From an uncultured virus (IMG/VR IMGVR_UViG_3300005253_002810) (taxonomy: Duplodnaviria; Heunggongvirae; Uroviricota; Caudoviricetes): a DNA stretch of 64,000 nt. A model generated the notes under the pieces. It was not told the origin of the DNA. It ran no database searches and saw only the letters and a program-made list of their open reading frames with translations. Numbering within the stretch: position 1 is the stretch's first letter; each line of letters starts with the position of its first letter. Location: the IMG/VR virus record IMGVR_UViG_3300005253_002810. One strand, given 5' to 3'. Of the stretch, positions 1 through 11,036 are shown one piece after another. Made by a program: the position numbers and the translations under genes.

Positions 1-2
1 AC

Positions 3-3000
3 GATGGAATTATAAGTGATTTTGCTCTGCCAGGCATTTTTGGGGCGGTTGATTCATTAAATGCAGCAGCGCCAAGTATTTTTAAAGATGGTAAGACGCT
101 TTCTACGATTAATAAAATCAAAAGGATTAAGTCTTTTTCAGATCCTAACTTCTTTACAACCTGGATTAAAGATGGTGGATTACCCTTTGCCAGCCCTATA
201 GGCGATGGTACCGGAGTTTTTGAGCTAACTACCGTTAGCGGTATTACCGCTTCAAACTCAGTAGATTTTGGGCAAGGCAAAGCAACTCTGACAGTTGAAG
301 ACCCTTACCGATTAATGGTTGTAACAAGAGACGATATAGATCGCGCAATCACAGATGCCGTCAATCTATTCAAACAAAACAGCTTTTTTAGAGTAACTCA
401 ATTTCAATTAGAGCAGAGCATACTAGATCTAACAGCTAGGCTTAATCAGATTCGTAAACAAACTGGAGCTTCAGAGATAAGGTTCCAAATAAACGAAGAT
501 ACAATTCTATATAAGAAATTAACTGCTCGTATAGATAGATCTGGTAGGGAAATTGAGTTCAAGTTTGATTCTGGCATTTTAGGTTCAAACCTTTTTGCTT
601 TTGACAATTCGGCCGTTAGTTTGAGTCATGATGCAACTGAGGGGCAAGAGGGGCTTCAAGGTAGTGAAATTGATTTGTTTAAGCAGATTGTTCAAAACAC
701 TTATACTCTGATGGGCCTTAAGTATACAACTAGGTCTGAAATCAAAAGTTTTAATAAGAAGACAAATCAAGTTAGAAAGAATATGCGTCTTCATTATGCT
801 AATAAGCCAATCATTCAACCAATGGATGTTGTATCTATATTTGTTAGCACCAAAACGGTTCATGACCCATTTATGAATCAAGGGTTAAGAATAAACTATT
901 CTGATGATTCATTATTAAATGCGATTGATGATACAATAGGAAATATAGAATCAGCATGGGATGATATTAAAAATACGTTTAGTGGCGGATCAAATGGGGC
1001 AAGCTATTTAGAGAATGAACGAAATGCTATAGCGGGACCAGATTTTCCATTATGGCTCTGGGGCTTGATGAGGAATGACTTTACACGTCAGGCCGCAGGA
1101 ACTTGTGTATTTAATGGAATAGTAAAATCATCTTCTCACAGTTATGATGGCGGAAAATATACACTATCAGTGAATGCTGATGATAATTGTCACTATTTTA
1201 ACAAAGGGCAGATAAATATCAACCCATCGTTAGAGGTGTTTAATAGTGCTATTTATGATCCTTTAACACCATTTAAACTAGATTTTGATGAATCGTCTGG
1301 AATGATAAGGGGTGAGGTACCTGCGCTTTTAGATGCAAATGCTCGTCTTTTAAATAATGGGTCTGTAAAGGCTAAGCTTGGGAGATACAAGGGTCAACCT
1401 TTAGATCAGAAGACTTTCAACAGGGTAGATGTAGAGCACGTTGCGTCAAATCTAAACAATGCAAACAGTGATTTTGGAAGACAGTTTAGAAGAAAATTCA
1501 CAAACCCTGATGGATTTGTTTATCGTTGGAAGGAAGGAATTGGCTCTCTTGTATTGTGGGGTGAGCCATATTCAGATCTGACACATCTTGGCTCTATGAG
1601 GAGCGAGAGATCGCCAATCATAACACGGGATCCTTTTGCAGGCCAGGACACAATGAATGTCCTATCATTGCTCATTACTGGTCAGCCTTACAATTTTAAT
1701 ACTTTCATGAAAGGAGCATTGGAGCTTGGTCAGCTCAATAAAGATGATTTATTTAATGAAGTTATTTCGGCATCTTTCTTTAGGGGGCTTGTTAGCGATA
1801 CGACCAGACAAAATTCTATATGGGGCAATTTTATTCCGTTCAAAAAGCTGGTTGTAAATGAAAAAGAATATGTAGCCTTAGCGGGTGGCCAGCACGATCT
1901 AATTACAAGAAATAGTAGGCTTAACAAACTATTACGAGACAGAGCAGAGGCTTTTGATTTAGCCACTCAACATAATCCAGGTTTCAAAAACACCCCAATG
2001 TTTCACAAGTTTGATTTAGGTGGTGTTGTTGCTGCTGTTGCAGATGGCGCTGACATTACAGCTATACAAAAGCTGACAATGGATATTATTCAGCTTGATT
2101 TTGAAATTATAAAAGAAACTAATGAATTTGAACATAGCAAGCAGGCCTTGGCCATACAGAGTGCAGACGGAACATTAAGCATTTTTGGCGATGATGTTTC
2201 ATTTGATCCATCTTTAACCCTAGAAGGGGGCGAGGTAAATGAAACTAAGCGAAGAATAGAGCGAGCAGAGTTTAGAAACAAGATAAACAATCTCACTTTG
2301 CGCAGGCTGTGGAAGGTTAAATCAAATGAAGATACAAACTTATTTATAGTAGACGATACTTATGATAAGAATTATGATATTCAGCAGTTTGAGCGCTCAC
2401 TTTCTGGAAAGATGGAAAACTGGAAGAGCAACTATGCTACCGCATTTAATCAGATAGAAAGCGTTAGACAAATTCTTGGCCTTGAGGTCTTTGCAGATAG
2501 TCAAGGGCATATACGAGCACGACCACCGCAGTATAATAGAATGCCAAGTAGTGTATTTAGAACTATGCTACAAGAAAAGGCTGAAAAGGGCATTAAAGTA
2601 TTTCCAGATTTTCTAGAGAGCCTATTCTTCAATCAAATACAGGGTATTACAGACCAGTTGGAAATCGTAGAAGATCAGATCAGGTTGCGTGCTGCCGCAT
2701 TAGGTAACAATACTGATTCAGATGTTCAGAAGTTAATTGGTGGTGGTTTTAGGTTCTTAACAAGGCCAGATACTGGAAAGTTTGGTGGTCAAGATATACG
2801 TAGTTTGATGGAGCAAAATGAGCCGGATATTACGGAAGAAACTACATCCTCAGCATTACAATCATTAGCGGTGGAGGTTAATAGCAGGATCAATGCAACG
2901 GTTAATTTTGACGCTGTTAGAAGGGTAGAGGCTGCAAGTGCAAGTGCAACATTTACCGGAACGGCCAGGCAAGATGTAATTTCCAAAATATCAGAAAGGA

Positions 3001-4586
3001 TACGCCAGAGAACTAGGCAGAACAAAGTGCCATCAAGCGTTAAGGACATTATGTCCAATGATAGGGCGTCTCAGGGTAATGGGCGCAGTCAGGTGGATAT
3101 CCTTAGAGTATTTACTCAGATTGGACAATTTGTATCTGAAAGACAACGATTGATGAAAAGACTCAAGCCGGCAATTTCAAACTTAAGGGAAGGCCTGGCA
3201 GTTAATGGGAAGGATGTTGAGGCGGGCATGAGCCTGTTGCTTCCCAATCTAAATAGGAAGCCAGATAAAATATTCCCAGAACTTTTAGAAGGAATGATTG
3301 AAGATGAGAATACTCATGATTTAGGCACAGGATCAGGCGCAAGGTATATTCTTTCTGATGATAAGATTATTAGCTTTACTGTGAATGAGACTGAGCCACC
3401 CTACAATTTTGTACAAGTTGATGGTAGACTTGGTCAGGGCATTGTACCGTTACCCTCAGGATTAGAGGTCTCTAATGGCGGTAATGCAATTGCAACAGCA
3501 TGGGCAGTAGACTATGACATGTGGCGCATGTATGGATTCCGAGCTGCTAACCCCGTTACTTTGCCATTTTTTGATGATCCTAACTCACAGTGCGCACCTT
3601 ATGCTGTATATCTCTTAAATTTAGCTAGAAAACAAATACTAACTGCAACGTGTACCGTTATAGGAAATGAGTTTATTCAGGCTGGTGAGGTTTATTATAT
3701 AGAGAGCTATGATCTTCTTTTCTATGCAAACTCTGTATCGCACAGCTTTACATATAATGGAACATATACAACCACTTTAACTCTTACATTTGGGCGCAAT
3801 CCTGGTGAGTATATTCCAACACAGCTAGATATTATAGGAAAGGGACTATATTCAAACAGCCACCGCTCAGATCTGGTAAGGCAAGTCAGGCATAATCGTG
3901 GAGATAACTCAGTTCATTTAACTGTTCTCGTGCGTGACACTGCTCAGGGCACAATATTTGAAGATGAATTCAATAATGTTAGAAACTTAGTTCAGGGAAG
4001 GTTTGCTGAACAGAATAGGCAGAATCTTTCTAATATGTTACTTTCAGCCTCAGGGTTACTAACGCCTACTAGTTTTAATGAAGTGCTCTTTATAGAGTTA
4101 AGGATATATGAGAATACAAATCCTGATGTAAATCTACCGAAAAGCGATGACATTGAAGAAGTGGCCAAGAGCGTAAAGGCATGGCTAGAAAACCCAGTAA
4201 AGATAGATCTAGAAAATCCAAAAGAAGAGATGCTTCCTGATACAGCAAGCGAAACGAGAATTGATGCAAATCGTGTTAAAGTTGAACCTGTCAATCTAAA
4301 TAGTGATAACAGTGAAACGGGAGAAATTAGATCACCATCATCTCAGGCCTGGGCTATGGCGAGACATCTTAATGCAACAACTGCCTTCCCAGATTTTGAT
4401 ACCGTCACTGCAAACGCTGAAGCGGCAGCAGAAGATGGCGAAGAAGCAAAAGCAGGAGCATTCGAACAATCAGCAGATGCTTTATTGGCTAGGCGTGAGG
4501 TTGAGATGCTAACACAGATTATTGTCGATGTGTGGATAACATTCAAAACACCAGAAGTTATAGCGTCAGAAACCGATAAGAAGTAA
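3..4586 (+). CDS. Large baseplate hub / tail protein (gp27/gpD-like), 5'-partial
   Basis: The frame is open from position 3 (DGIISDFALPG...EDPYRL), upstream of the ORF-track start at 315, so the gene begins before the window. The late segment ATCTVIGNEFIQAGEVYYIE...SVSHSFTYNGTYTTTLTL resembles hub C-termini. It lies directly before the spike-like gene. Confidence 0.6.
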   Translation, partial: DGIISDFALPGIFGAVDSLNAAAPSIFKDGKTLSTINKIKRIKSFSDPNFFTTWIKDGGLPFASPIGDGTGVFELTTVSGITASNSVDFGQGKATLTVEDPYRLMVVTRDDIDRAITDAVNLFKQNSFFRVTQFQLEQSILDLTARLNQIRKQTGASEIRFQINEDTILYKKLTARIDRSGREIEFKFDSGILGSNLFAFDNSAVSLSHDATEGQEGLQGSEIDLFKQIVQNTYTLMGLKYTTRSEIKSFNKKTNQVRKNMRLHYANKPIIQPMDVVSIFVSTKTVHDPFMNQGLRINYSDDSLLNAIDDTIGNIESAWDDIKNTFSGGSNGASYLENERNAIAGPDFPLWLWGLMRNDFTRQAAGTCVFNGIVKSSSHSYDGGKYTLSVNADDNCHYFNKGQININPSLEVFNSAIYDPLTPFKLDFDESSGMIRGEVPALLDANARLLNNGSVKAKLGRYKGQPLDQKTFNRVDVEHVASNLNNANSDFGRQFRRKFTNPDGFVYRWKEGIGSLVLWGEPYSDLTHLGSMRSERSPIITRDPFAGQDTMNVLSLLITGQPYNFNTFMKGALELGQLNKDDLFNEVISASFFRGLVSDTTRQNSIWGNFIPFKKLVVNEKEYVALAGGQHDLITRNSRLNKLLRDRAEAFDLATQHNPGFKNTPMFHKFDLGGVVAAVADGADITAIQKLTMDIIQLDFEIIKETNEFEHSKQALAIQSADGTLSIFGDDVSFDPSLTLEGGEVNETKRRIERAEFRNKINNLTLRRLWKVKSNEDTNLFIVDDTYDKNYDIQQFERSLSGKMENWKSNYATAFNQIESVRQILGLEVFADSQGHIRARPPQYNRMPSSVFRTMLQEKAEKGIKVFPDFLESLFFNQIQGITDQLEIVEDQIRLRAAALGNNTDSDVQKLIGGGFRFLTRPDTGKFGGQDIRSLMEQNEPDITEETTSSALQSLAVEVNSRINATVNFDAVRRVEAASASATFTGTARQDVISKISERIRQRTRQNKVPSSVKDIMSNDRASQGNGRSQVDILRVFTQIGQFVSERQRLMKRLKPAISNLREGLAVNGKDVEAGMSLLLPNLNRKPDKIFPELLEGMIEDENTHDLGTGSGARYILSDDKIISFTVNETEPPYNFVQVDGRLGQGIVPLPSGLEVSNGGNAIATAWAVDYDMWRMYGFRAANPVTLPFFDDPNSQCAPYAVYLLNLARKQILTATCTVIGNEFIQAGEVYYIESYDLLFYANSVSHSFTYNGTYTTTLTLTFGRNPGEYIPTQLDIIGKGLYSNSHRSDLVRQVRHNRGDNSVHLTVLVRDTAQGTIFEDEFNNVRNLVQGRFAEQNRQNLSNMLLSASGLLTPTSFNEVLFIELRIYENTNPDVNLPKSDDIEEVAKSVKAWLENPVKIDLENPKEEMLPDTASETRIDANRVKVEPVNLNSDNSETGEIRSPSSQAWAMARHLNATTAFPDFDTVTANAEAAAEDGEEAKAGAFEQSADALLARREVEMLTQIIVDVWITFKTPEVIASETDKK

Positions 4587-4590
4587 TACC

Positions 4591-6657
4591 ATGGCAGCAG
4601 GTAGAATAGGATCAAAAATAGGCGCATTTAGGCGTGCAACCATTCGGGGCTTTAATCCGAATGGAACTGTGCGTATTGGCCTAGATGAAGGCCCTAGTGG
4701 CAAGCCTAGTACATATAATGTTCCTATATCAGCGGCGTGGACTGGTAAAGATGGTGAGTTTGTTGGGGGATATCCAGAAAAAGGGCAGTCTGTTGTAGTA
4801 AGCCAGGGCCAGAGTGGAGAATGGTATATTGTAAGTTTTATTAATTCTAATGATACTTTTAGCGCATCATTCGTAAGCAGCGGATCAACAAAGATGTCCG
4901 CATTGCGACCTGGTAGAGCCTTATTGCAATCGAAGAATGGTGTCAGGCTATTTACCGACCCTAATATCGGCATTCAGGCTGGTAGCGCACGAAGTTTCAT
5001 GCATATTAATCCAATTAGAGATATAATAAGTCATAATTTTGATTCTGAATATAGCTTTACAGAGGCGTCACGGCATATAAATCAGCCAATTAAAAGAGAC
5101 TTGTCAGATAATTTAAGTCGAAATGTACTAGGCTCTACGCTTGATTCGCAGGCATATGATTCGTCTTTGTTTTCTGTGGGTATGGATCCTTTAACCGCAA
5201 TATGTCCTCGTACTGTGGGAAGTACCATAAGAAACCTACCGCTAGTAGAAGATAGGGAGATTATATATGAGTTTGCTAGGAGCTTTAGATTTACAACAGA
5301 TGATGATGAATCTGCTAAATATGATGACCCAACTATAAGCTCACAACAGCCAAAAGTAAGTCGTCGTAATATGCGTTCGGATGCTTTTAGCTTATCTCTT
5401 GAACATCCTAACCATTTAATGGAAACCATAAAGGGTACAGGCGTAGATGCATTTGGTAACATTTTAGACATCAACAGGTCGCCACTGCCTATTGGCAGAA
5501 CAGAGCCCCTTTCATTAAGAAAGAATACAAGCAAGTCTGATGCTTTCAATCTAATCAGGGGACAACATAGAAAAGCTATCGCTTATCATTTTGAAATAAA
5601 TGCAAGGAAGGGCGGCATTGATGATGAACCTGTACCGTCAGCTCCACCAGATATAAATAAAATAGATAATTATGCAAGAGATAGAAGCAGACTATCAGTT
5701 GATATTGATAAAGAGGGGCAATTTAAGATAAACATTCCCGCTTCAAGTGAAATAGGCAATATTCCACTCTTGACTAGGCACGAAAGCTTCTCTGTAGTTG
5801 ATGCTAAAAAGACAGGAGAAATACATCCTGATGAATTTGTTAGAAATGAGGATAAGCAGGACATTTTACTAGAAAGTTTTGCAGGTAAGGCTATTATTGG
5901 CTTAAGTGCAAGTAATGATGATCTTGAAGGGTTCGCATCTCCTATAGATAGAAATACTGGAGAGCCAATAAAGTATGGCACTGCATTTCATGATATTACA
6001 AAGGTATGTATAAGCTTTACTGAAAACTCACCATTTCTTGATGCCAGCTTAGACGGTGAGCCGACCAGGGATTTTATCGAATACTATCCCGAGCATCATC
6101 TTAACACAAGTTTTACTCCTTTAGAAAAGATTGTATCAGATGAAATAATAATCTCTGGGCCAGATGCAGATGCTGGTGGTAGAAGCGGGTCTATAAATCT
6201 AGATGGATTTCTTTCACTTAATATTGGGGCAAATACTGTAGATAGGCAGTCAATGTGGATAGATACTGCCGGAGGCATTGTAGCAAATATAGGAAGAGAT
6301 CTGCGTAACGTTAGTTATGCTGGTCGATTTGATGGCGATGTCTTTATGGAGATCGGCGGTGCTGGGATTGGAAATACCTTTGATAGTAGATTTGCAGAGG
6401 TAAATGATGGACAAAGGCTTGGAAATTTACAAGTGCATGTATTAACTAGTAATGGCGTTATGGTATTTAAAATGGGCACTAATGAGAATGGCTCAGCCGG
6501 AGTGGATATATCATCACCTGGGAACATAACGATTTCTTGCCAGCAGGATATGTTTTTCAAAGCTGTTGGGGCGATAAAGTTTGACGCTAATATGATTATG
6601 TTCCATGCTGAGGACGCAAAGCGCGTTGTGCAAAAAATACCTAACAAATCAATTTAA
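4591..6657 (+). CDS. Baseplate central spike protein (gp5/gpV-like)
   Basis: N-terminal OB-fold-like pattern (RATIRGFNPNGTVRI...GGYPEKGQSVVV...WYIVSF). C-terminus made of short Gly-rich beta-strand repeats. Follows the hub gene. Confidence 0.6.
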   Translation: MAAGRIGSKIGAFRRATIRGFNPNGTVRIGLDEGPSGKPSTYNVPISAAWTGKDGEFVGGYPEKGQSVVVSQGQSGEWYIVSFINSNDTFSASFVSSGSTKMSALRPGRALLQSKNGVRLFTDPNIGIQAGSARSFMHINPIRDIISHNFDSEYSFTEASRHINQPIKRDLSDNLSRNVLGSTLDSQAYDSSLFSVGMDPLTAICPRTVGSTIRNLPLVEDREIIYEFARSFRFTTDDDESAKYDDPTISSQQPKVSRRNMRSDAFSLSLEHPNHLMETIKGTGVDAFGNILDINRSPLPIGRTEPLSLRKNTSKSDAFNLIRGQHRKAIAYHFEINARKGGIDDEPVPSAPPDINKIDNYARDRSRLSVDIDKEGQFKINIPASSEIGNIPLLTRHESFSVVDAKKTGEIHPDEFVRNEDKQDILLESFAGKAIIGLSASNDDLEGFASPIDRNTGEPIKYGTAFHDITKVCISFTENSPFLDASLDGEPTRDFIEYYPEHHLNTSFTPLEKIVSDEIIISGPDADAGGRSGSINLDGFLSLNIGANTVDRQSMWIDTAGGIVANIGRDLRNVSYAGRFDGDVFMEIGGAGIGNTFDSRFAEVNDGQRLGNLQVHVLTSNGVMVFKMGTNENGSAGVDISSPGNITISCQQDMFFKAVGAIKFDANMIMFHAEDAKRVVQKIPNKSI

Positions 6658-6668
6658 GGAAAAGGATA

Positions 6669-7082
6669 ATGGAAAAATTAAAGAAAGCACTAAAAATGAG
6701 ACTTCAAAGTTCAGGTAAAGTTTCTGGAGCTGCGAAAGATGTAGATGGCAATAAGGTTCATTTGGGTGTAGATATTTTCTCTGATGAAATATTAGAAGTC
6801 GCACTTGAAACCTCAATGTCTATGTTGAGTCAATTTGACGTGACTCCATATATTGATGGATATGATTTCAAATTGTTACGCAAATATCAGGAGTTACTGG
6901 TTCAAGGCGCCACTATTCAGCTATTAGCTGGACAGTCGTTATTGGAGAGGGGAAGAGAGTTTACACTTACTGATAGTGGTATAAAGTTCACGCCACCATC
7001 GGTTTCTGAGATATTAAACACACAATGGTGTTTTGAATATCAAATGTATATGGAAAAAATTAGACTGTTAAAAATGAAGTAA
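6669..7082 (+). CDS. Hypothetical virion protein, possibly neck/adaptor-like
   Basis: AAGGA RBS upstream; 137-aa, probably helical protein inside the structural module. The resemblance to neck proteins is from memory only. Confidence 0.4.
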   Translation: MEKLKKALKMRLQSSGKVSGAAKDVDGNKVHLGVDIFSDEILEVALETSMSMLSQFDVTPYIDGYDFKLLRKYQELLVQGATIQLLAGQSLLERGREFTLTDSGIKFTPPSVSEILNTQWCFEYQMYMEKIRLLKMK

Positions 7083-7083
7083 A

Positions 7084-9273
7084 ATGTCCTGCAGCCCGAA
7101 TGATAATAGTATCAATGTGCCCACTAATCCGGGGAATCCTTTCCCTGGATTGGGTATACCGTTTTCTCCGCTTCAGATTCCTCTGCCAGATATTGATCTG
7201 CCAACCGATCTGATCGAGGATTTTCTTGATCTGCTTAAGCAGTTAGGTGCATTGTTCCCATCTGGGCTATTCAAGCCAAATCCAGATTTTGGCATGAGTG
7301 GCATTTTAGATTTCATAGCCAATCTTCTCAGTCAGTTGGCCCCATTCTTGTCGTTCTACAATTTTATAATGGCCGCTCTAAACCTCATTATTTGTATAAT
7401 TGAGGTTCTTTGTGCAATTCCTAATCCGTTTGCTGTAGCATCAAAACTTAAAAGACTATTCTCCGAGTGTCTTCCGCCGTTCTTAAACCTATTTCCGTGG
7501 CTAGCATTGATAGCAATGATTTTAGCGTTGCTTCTATTAATTCTGGCTTTGATTATTTATATTATTGAAACAATTATCGCAATTATCAAAGAGATAATAA
7601 AAAACTTGATAGCATTGGTTAACGTACAAACTTTGAATGATGTCACAGCCGCTTTAGCTATTGTTCAGAAGATTGCTTCCTTGTTATGTTTGATAGAGAA
7701 TATACTAGCAATTCTGTTAGCAATTGCTGCTATTATGGCAGTCATCCAGGCGCTTATGGCGTTCTCTGGAACATCAATTTGTGCAGATGAGGACGGAGAA
7801 GGTTGTTGTCCTTTGGAAATCTGTCCACCATTCATTAAGGAGAATTTTGAGATAGCAGTTACCAATGGTGAATTTGTATATCATCGCAGAGTTGGTCTTA
7901 ATGTCACTGACATTCCTGGGATTCCGGCAGAACTGGCCGAGGCATTATCAGCATCGATCGCACCTAAGAGAGAGGAAAGGTGGCAGCTATTCGATACAGA
8001 TCCAGATCCTGAATTGCCTATCAAATTGATTATCACGGATTCACTACCAGCTTTGAGCGCTCTTTCATTTTTTGGACCACAGATTTTTTATCCAGAACAG
8101 AGTTTTGACGTCGACACACCTCCAACTCGTTCGCCTTATACCGTAGATATGCGAATGTTCATTGATCCTGGTGTTTTTCATCCTACTGATACTGGTGGGG
8201 CCAGATTTATGCGTATCAACGATTGTATTGTTGTTCGTAAGCCTTATGTTGGTGAAATTACATTCAACGCACTTACTGTTTTTGGAATTACGATTCCTAC
8301 TTTCAATGACACAACAGGAACTTTCAATTTAGAGGGCGGACAAGTATTTGAGGATGATGGAGAAACTCCATTTGAGGTAGAGGGAACTGTAGGCTCCTTA
8401 ACCGTTATGACCCAGGCTAGTTTGAATGATTTCATTTTTGCCGAACCTACTACCGTAACACCAAGCGTTGATGATGGTTATAGGATTACAGACGTGGAAT
8501 TTGTATGGAAGCCAAACCATCCAGCATTGGCAGGTCATTATCTTATTACAGTAGGATGTTTTCCTGAAGTTAATTTGGAAAAAGCTGCACTTAACGCATT
8601 TATAACGGCAGAGGGTACAGATGCAATTTTGGATAGATTAGATGACGCTCCAGATGGTGTACTTGTTCCATCGATAGGGATATTGCCAAATGTTATAGGC
8701 GCTCAGCAATGTGTTCAAACCGCATTGGATACGCTTAGGACTAATATTACGGTAGAAACAGCGGCACAATTTCAAGCCACAATGGAGACATGTTTGAATG
8801 ATCTTAAAGATCAAACAACTGCAGTTTTCTGTGATGCATTTATTTCTGCTGTTAGTCAATTCAAGAGCACATTCTCAATAGATACAGACGTTCAGTTTAC
8901 TACTAGACCTATCATTATAGCTGTAATTTTGCGAGATGCCGGTGGAACTAATATTGCAACAAACATACCTGAAGAGTGTTTGGATGGTATTTTAGACAAA
9001 TTGCATGTCTTGGCAACTTTTGGAGAGGCCGCAAGATTTACATATGACAGGGAGAATATACGTTTCCTTTCAGAGTTAACAAGCAATGTTTCTGGCGGTG
9101 GAGAGCTAACAATCATATTTGATGGTAACATATTCAGTACATTTAATGAGAGTACGGATTTTGATGTACCATCCTCTATTACAGAAGACATGCTCACTTA
9201 TACCTTCGTTGATGCAGCTGCAGAGCCTGCCAAGCGTCGTGATGTGATCGATGTGGCTCAGGATGGTTCCTAA
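7084..9273 (+). CDS. Putative virion protein with long hydrophobic helices
   Basis: 729 aa. Pro-rich N-terminus, very hydrophobic stretches (WLALIAMILALLLLILALIIYII; ILAILLAIAAIMAVIQALMAF) and scattered Cys. Tightly coupled to both neighbours. Confidence 0.55.
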   Translation: MSCSPNDNSINVPTNPGNPFPGLGIPFSPLQIPLPDIDLPTDLIEDFLDLLKQLGALFPSGLFKPNPDFGMSGILDFIANLLSQLAPFLSFYNFIMAALNLIICIIEVLCAIPNPFAVASKLKRLFSECLPPFLNLFPWLALIAMILALLLLILALIIYIIETIIAIIKEIIKNLIALVNVQTLNDVTAALAIVQKIASLLCLIENILAILLAIAAIMAVIQALMAFSGTSICADEDGEGCCPLEICPPFIKENFEIAVTNGEFVYHRRVGLNVTDIPGIPAELAEALSASIAPKREERWQLFDTDPDPELPIKLIITDSLPALSALSFFGPQIFYPEQSFDVDTPPTRSPYTVDMRMFIDPGVFHPTDTGGARFMRINDCIVVRKPYVGEITFNALTVFGITIPTFNDTTGTFNLEGGQVFEDDGETPFEVEGTVGSLTVMTQASLNDFIFAEPTTVTPSVDDGYRITDVEFVWKPNHPALAGHYLITVGCFPEVNLEKAALNAFITAEGTDAILDRLDDAPDGVLVPSIGILPNVIGAQQCVQTALDTLRTNITVETAAQFQATMETCLNDLKDQTTAVFCDAFISAVSQFKSTFSIDTDVQFTTRPIIIAVILRDAGGTNIATNIPEECLDGILDKLHVLATFGEAARFTYDRENIRFLSELTSNVSGGGELTIIFDGNIFSTFNESTDFDVPSSITEDMLTYTFVDAAAEPAKRRDVIDVAQDGS

Positions 9274-10991
9274 TGGCAGAACATGTGCCTAAGAGGATTG
9301 ATGAGGCAGGAGAAGAGGATGTCCAGGACATTCAACAGGACATTTCTATATTGGCCAAAAAGTACATTGTCCCGATAGATCGAATCAAAAGTATAGCCAA
9401 GCCTGGGCCTGGAGATGATGCTTATGAAGAACTAGAGCCAGACAACTCTAGACAGGTAGAGAGTAGGGCGCATGCATTCCTAAGGTTTATTGGATTCCCT
9501 GTTGTGGCCGGAAATGATAAAGAATTTTATAATCCTGGATTTGATCCGACTGGTCAGTCTATAGGAACACATTCTGGCCAAGCCACTTTAAAGCAGAGTG
9601 TCGTTTCTAGTTTTAATTCTAACTCAGTATTAAAGTCAATGGTGGAAACCCGAGAGCAAGATCCAAAAGATTTAAGGTCCATATTTGTAAGGCAGGATAT
9701 GGCTTCTTCTGTTTATAGCATAATAATGCGACATGTAAGAAATTTTAAGATGTTTGACGCTGGGGATCCATTTAAAGACGATAAACAGGATAAAAAAAAC
9801 GAAAATAGATCGTCTGAGGCAATATCTTTCTTTTTAGCAAATTTGCAAATAGATACAGGTCTTGTTATTGATGCTTTTACCAAGACACCAATCGGGCCAA
9901 ATTTTTCTGGCATAAGGCACATATTACATCCATTTGTTGTTGATCCTAGAATCGATATTACAGTAATGCCCGATGTTAATCAGATAGCTGTACCTTTTTT
10001 ACTAAACAAAGAGGCACTAAAGCTTGATAAGGGTATATTTGTAAAAAGGCCAGGAATTGAATTAATAATAAGAGAGAGATTGAGGGATACCGGTAATGAT
10101 GCTACAGATTTCTTTAAGAATGTTGAGAAGCTTTTAAATAATGAGCAAACTCCAGTATCGGATACAGACACTAGAACAGAAAACGAATTAAGGCTAACCG
10201 TAGAGGCTTTATTGGATGATAATGAGATAAGCCAATCTGCAATTGACTCGGACATTGAAGGAATAACTAGCGTACAGGTAAGAAACATACAAACACTGGT
10301 TAAAACTATAAGAGCTATTATTAGCAAGCTAAACGAATCTATATTGGCAATTGACAGGGTAAAACAGGAAATTAACTTGGTACCATTGCCAATTGCAGAA
10401 GGCCCTGAGACAGGGCAAGCAACTCTTAATCGACGAGATATTTCGAATATTACAGATATAGATAAAAGAATTGTAGAGCTAAATATAAAGAAACATAATG
10501 CGGAACGCAGAATTGCAGCAGAATTAGATCTAGGGGAGTTTGCATCACCTTTTAGTAGCAGTGTAAATGATGACGATGTAGTTAAGATAAGCGAGAAATT
10601 ACAAGAAGATATTGATCAAAGGGCCAATTTAGCTAATAAGGCTTTTAAAGCAATGGGAGATATAGAGATTATATCTGGAGAGGTTAGCGGATTAGGACTG
10701 CTTGATATACTGGCTATTTATGTGGCTTTATGGGCTATGGATGAAAAATCGTTAATAAGCATGCTTGATGATCAATCATTCAGCAGGCTGAAGAATTTCT
10801 TTAAGCCATTATTAAAGGGTGCGGCAGCCGATCGAGGTCAAAGCAGCTCTGAGAAGTATGACATTAAAATTGCTTTAGAGAATTTTGAGAAAAAACTTGT
10901 TAACGTACTAGCTTTTATAGATAGAGAGATAGAGCGCCAGGGGGTGGCGCCTGGCGAGGAAGCTAGTGGAACAATATCAGCAGACAGCTAA
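9273..10991 (+). CDS. Hypothetical protein in baseplate module
   Basis: 572-aa ORF overlapping the upstream stop (TAATG); coiled-coil-like C-terminal half. Confidence 0.5.
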   Translation: MAEHVPKRIDEAGEEDVQDIQQDISILAKKYIVPIDRIKSIAKPGPGDDAYEELEPDNSRQVESRAHAFLRFIGFPVVAGNDKEFYNPGFDPTGQSIGTHSGQATLKQSVVSSFNSNSVLKSMVETREQDPKDLRSIFVRQDMASSVYSIIMRHVRNFKMFDAGDPFKDDKQDKKNENRSSEAISFFLANLQIDTGLVIDAFTKTPIGPNFSGIRHILHPFVVDPRIDITVMPDVNQIAVPFLLNKEALKLDKGIFVKRPGIELIIRERLRDTGNDATDFFKNVEKLLNNEQTPVSDTDTRTENELRLTVEALLDDNEISQSAIDSDIEGITSVQVRNIQTLVKTIRAIISKLNESILAIDRVKQEINLVPLPIAEGPETGQATLNRRDISNITDIDKRIVELNIKKHNAERRIAAELDLGEFASPFSSSVNDDDVVKISEKLQEDIDQRANLANKAFKAMGDIEIISGEVSGLGLLDILAIYVALWAMDEKSLISMLDDQSFSRLKNFFKPLLKGAAADRGQSSSEKYDIKIALENFEKKLVNVLAFIDREIERQGVAPGEEASGTISADS

Positions 10992-11036
10992 TATTTTGTC
11001 CTATTTATGAAGCATTAGCTTATATTGTGAAAATTA

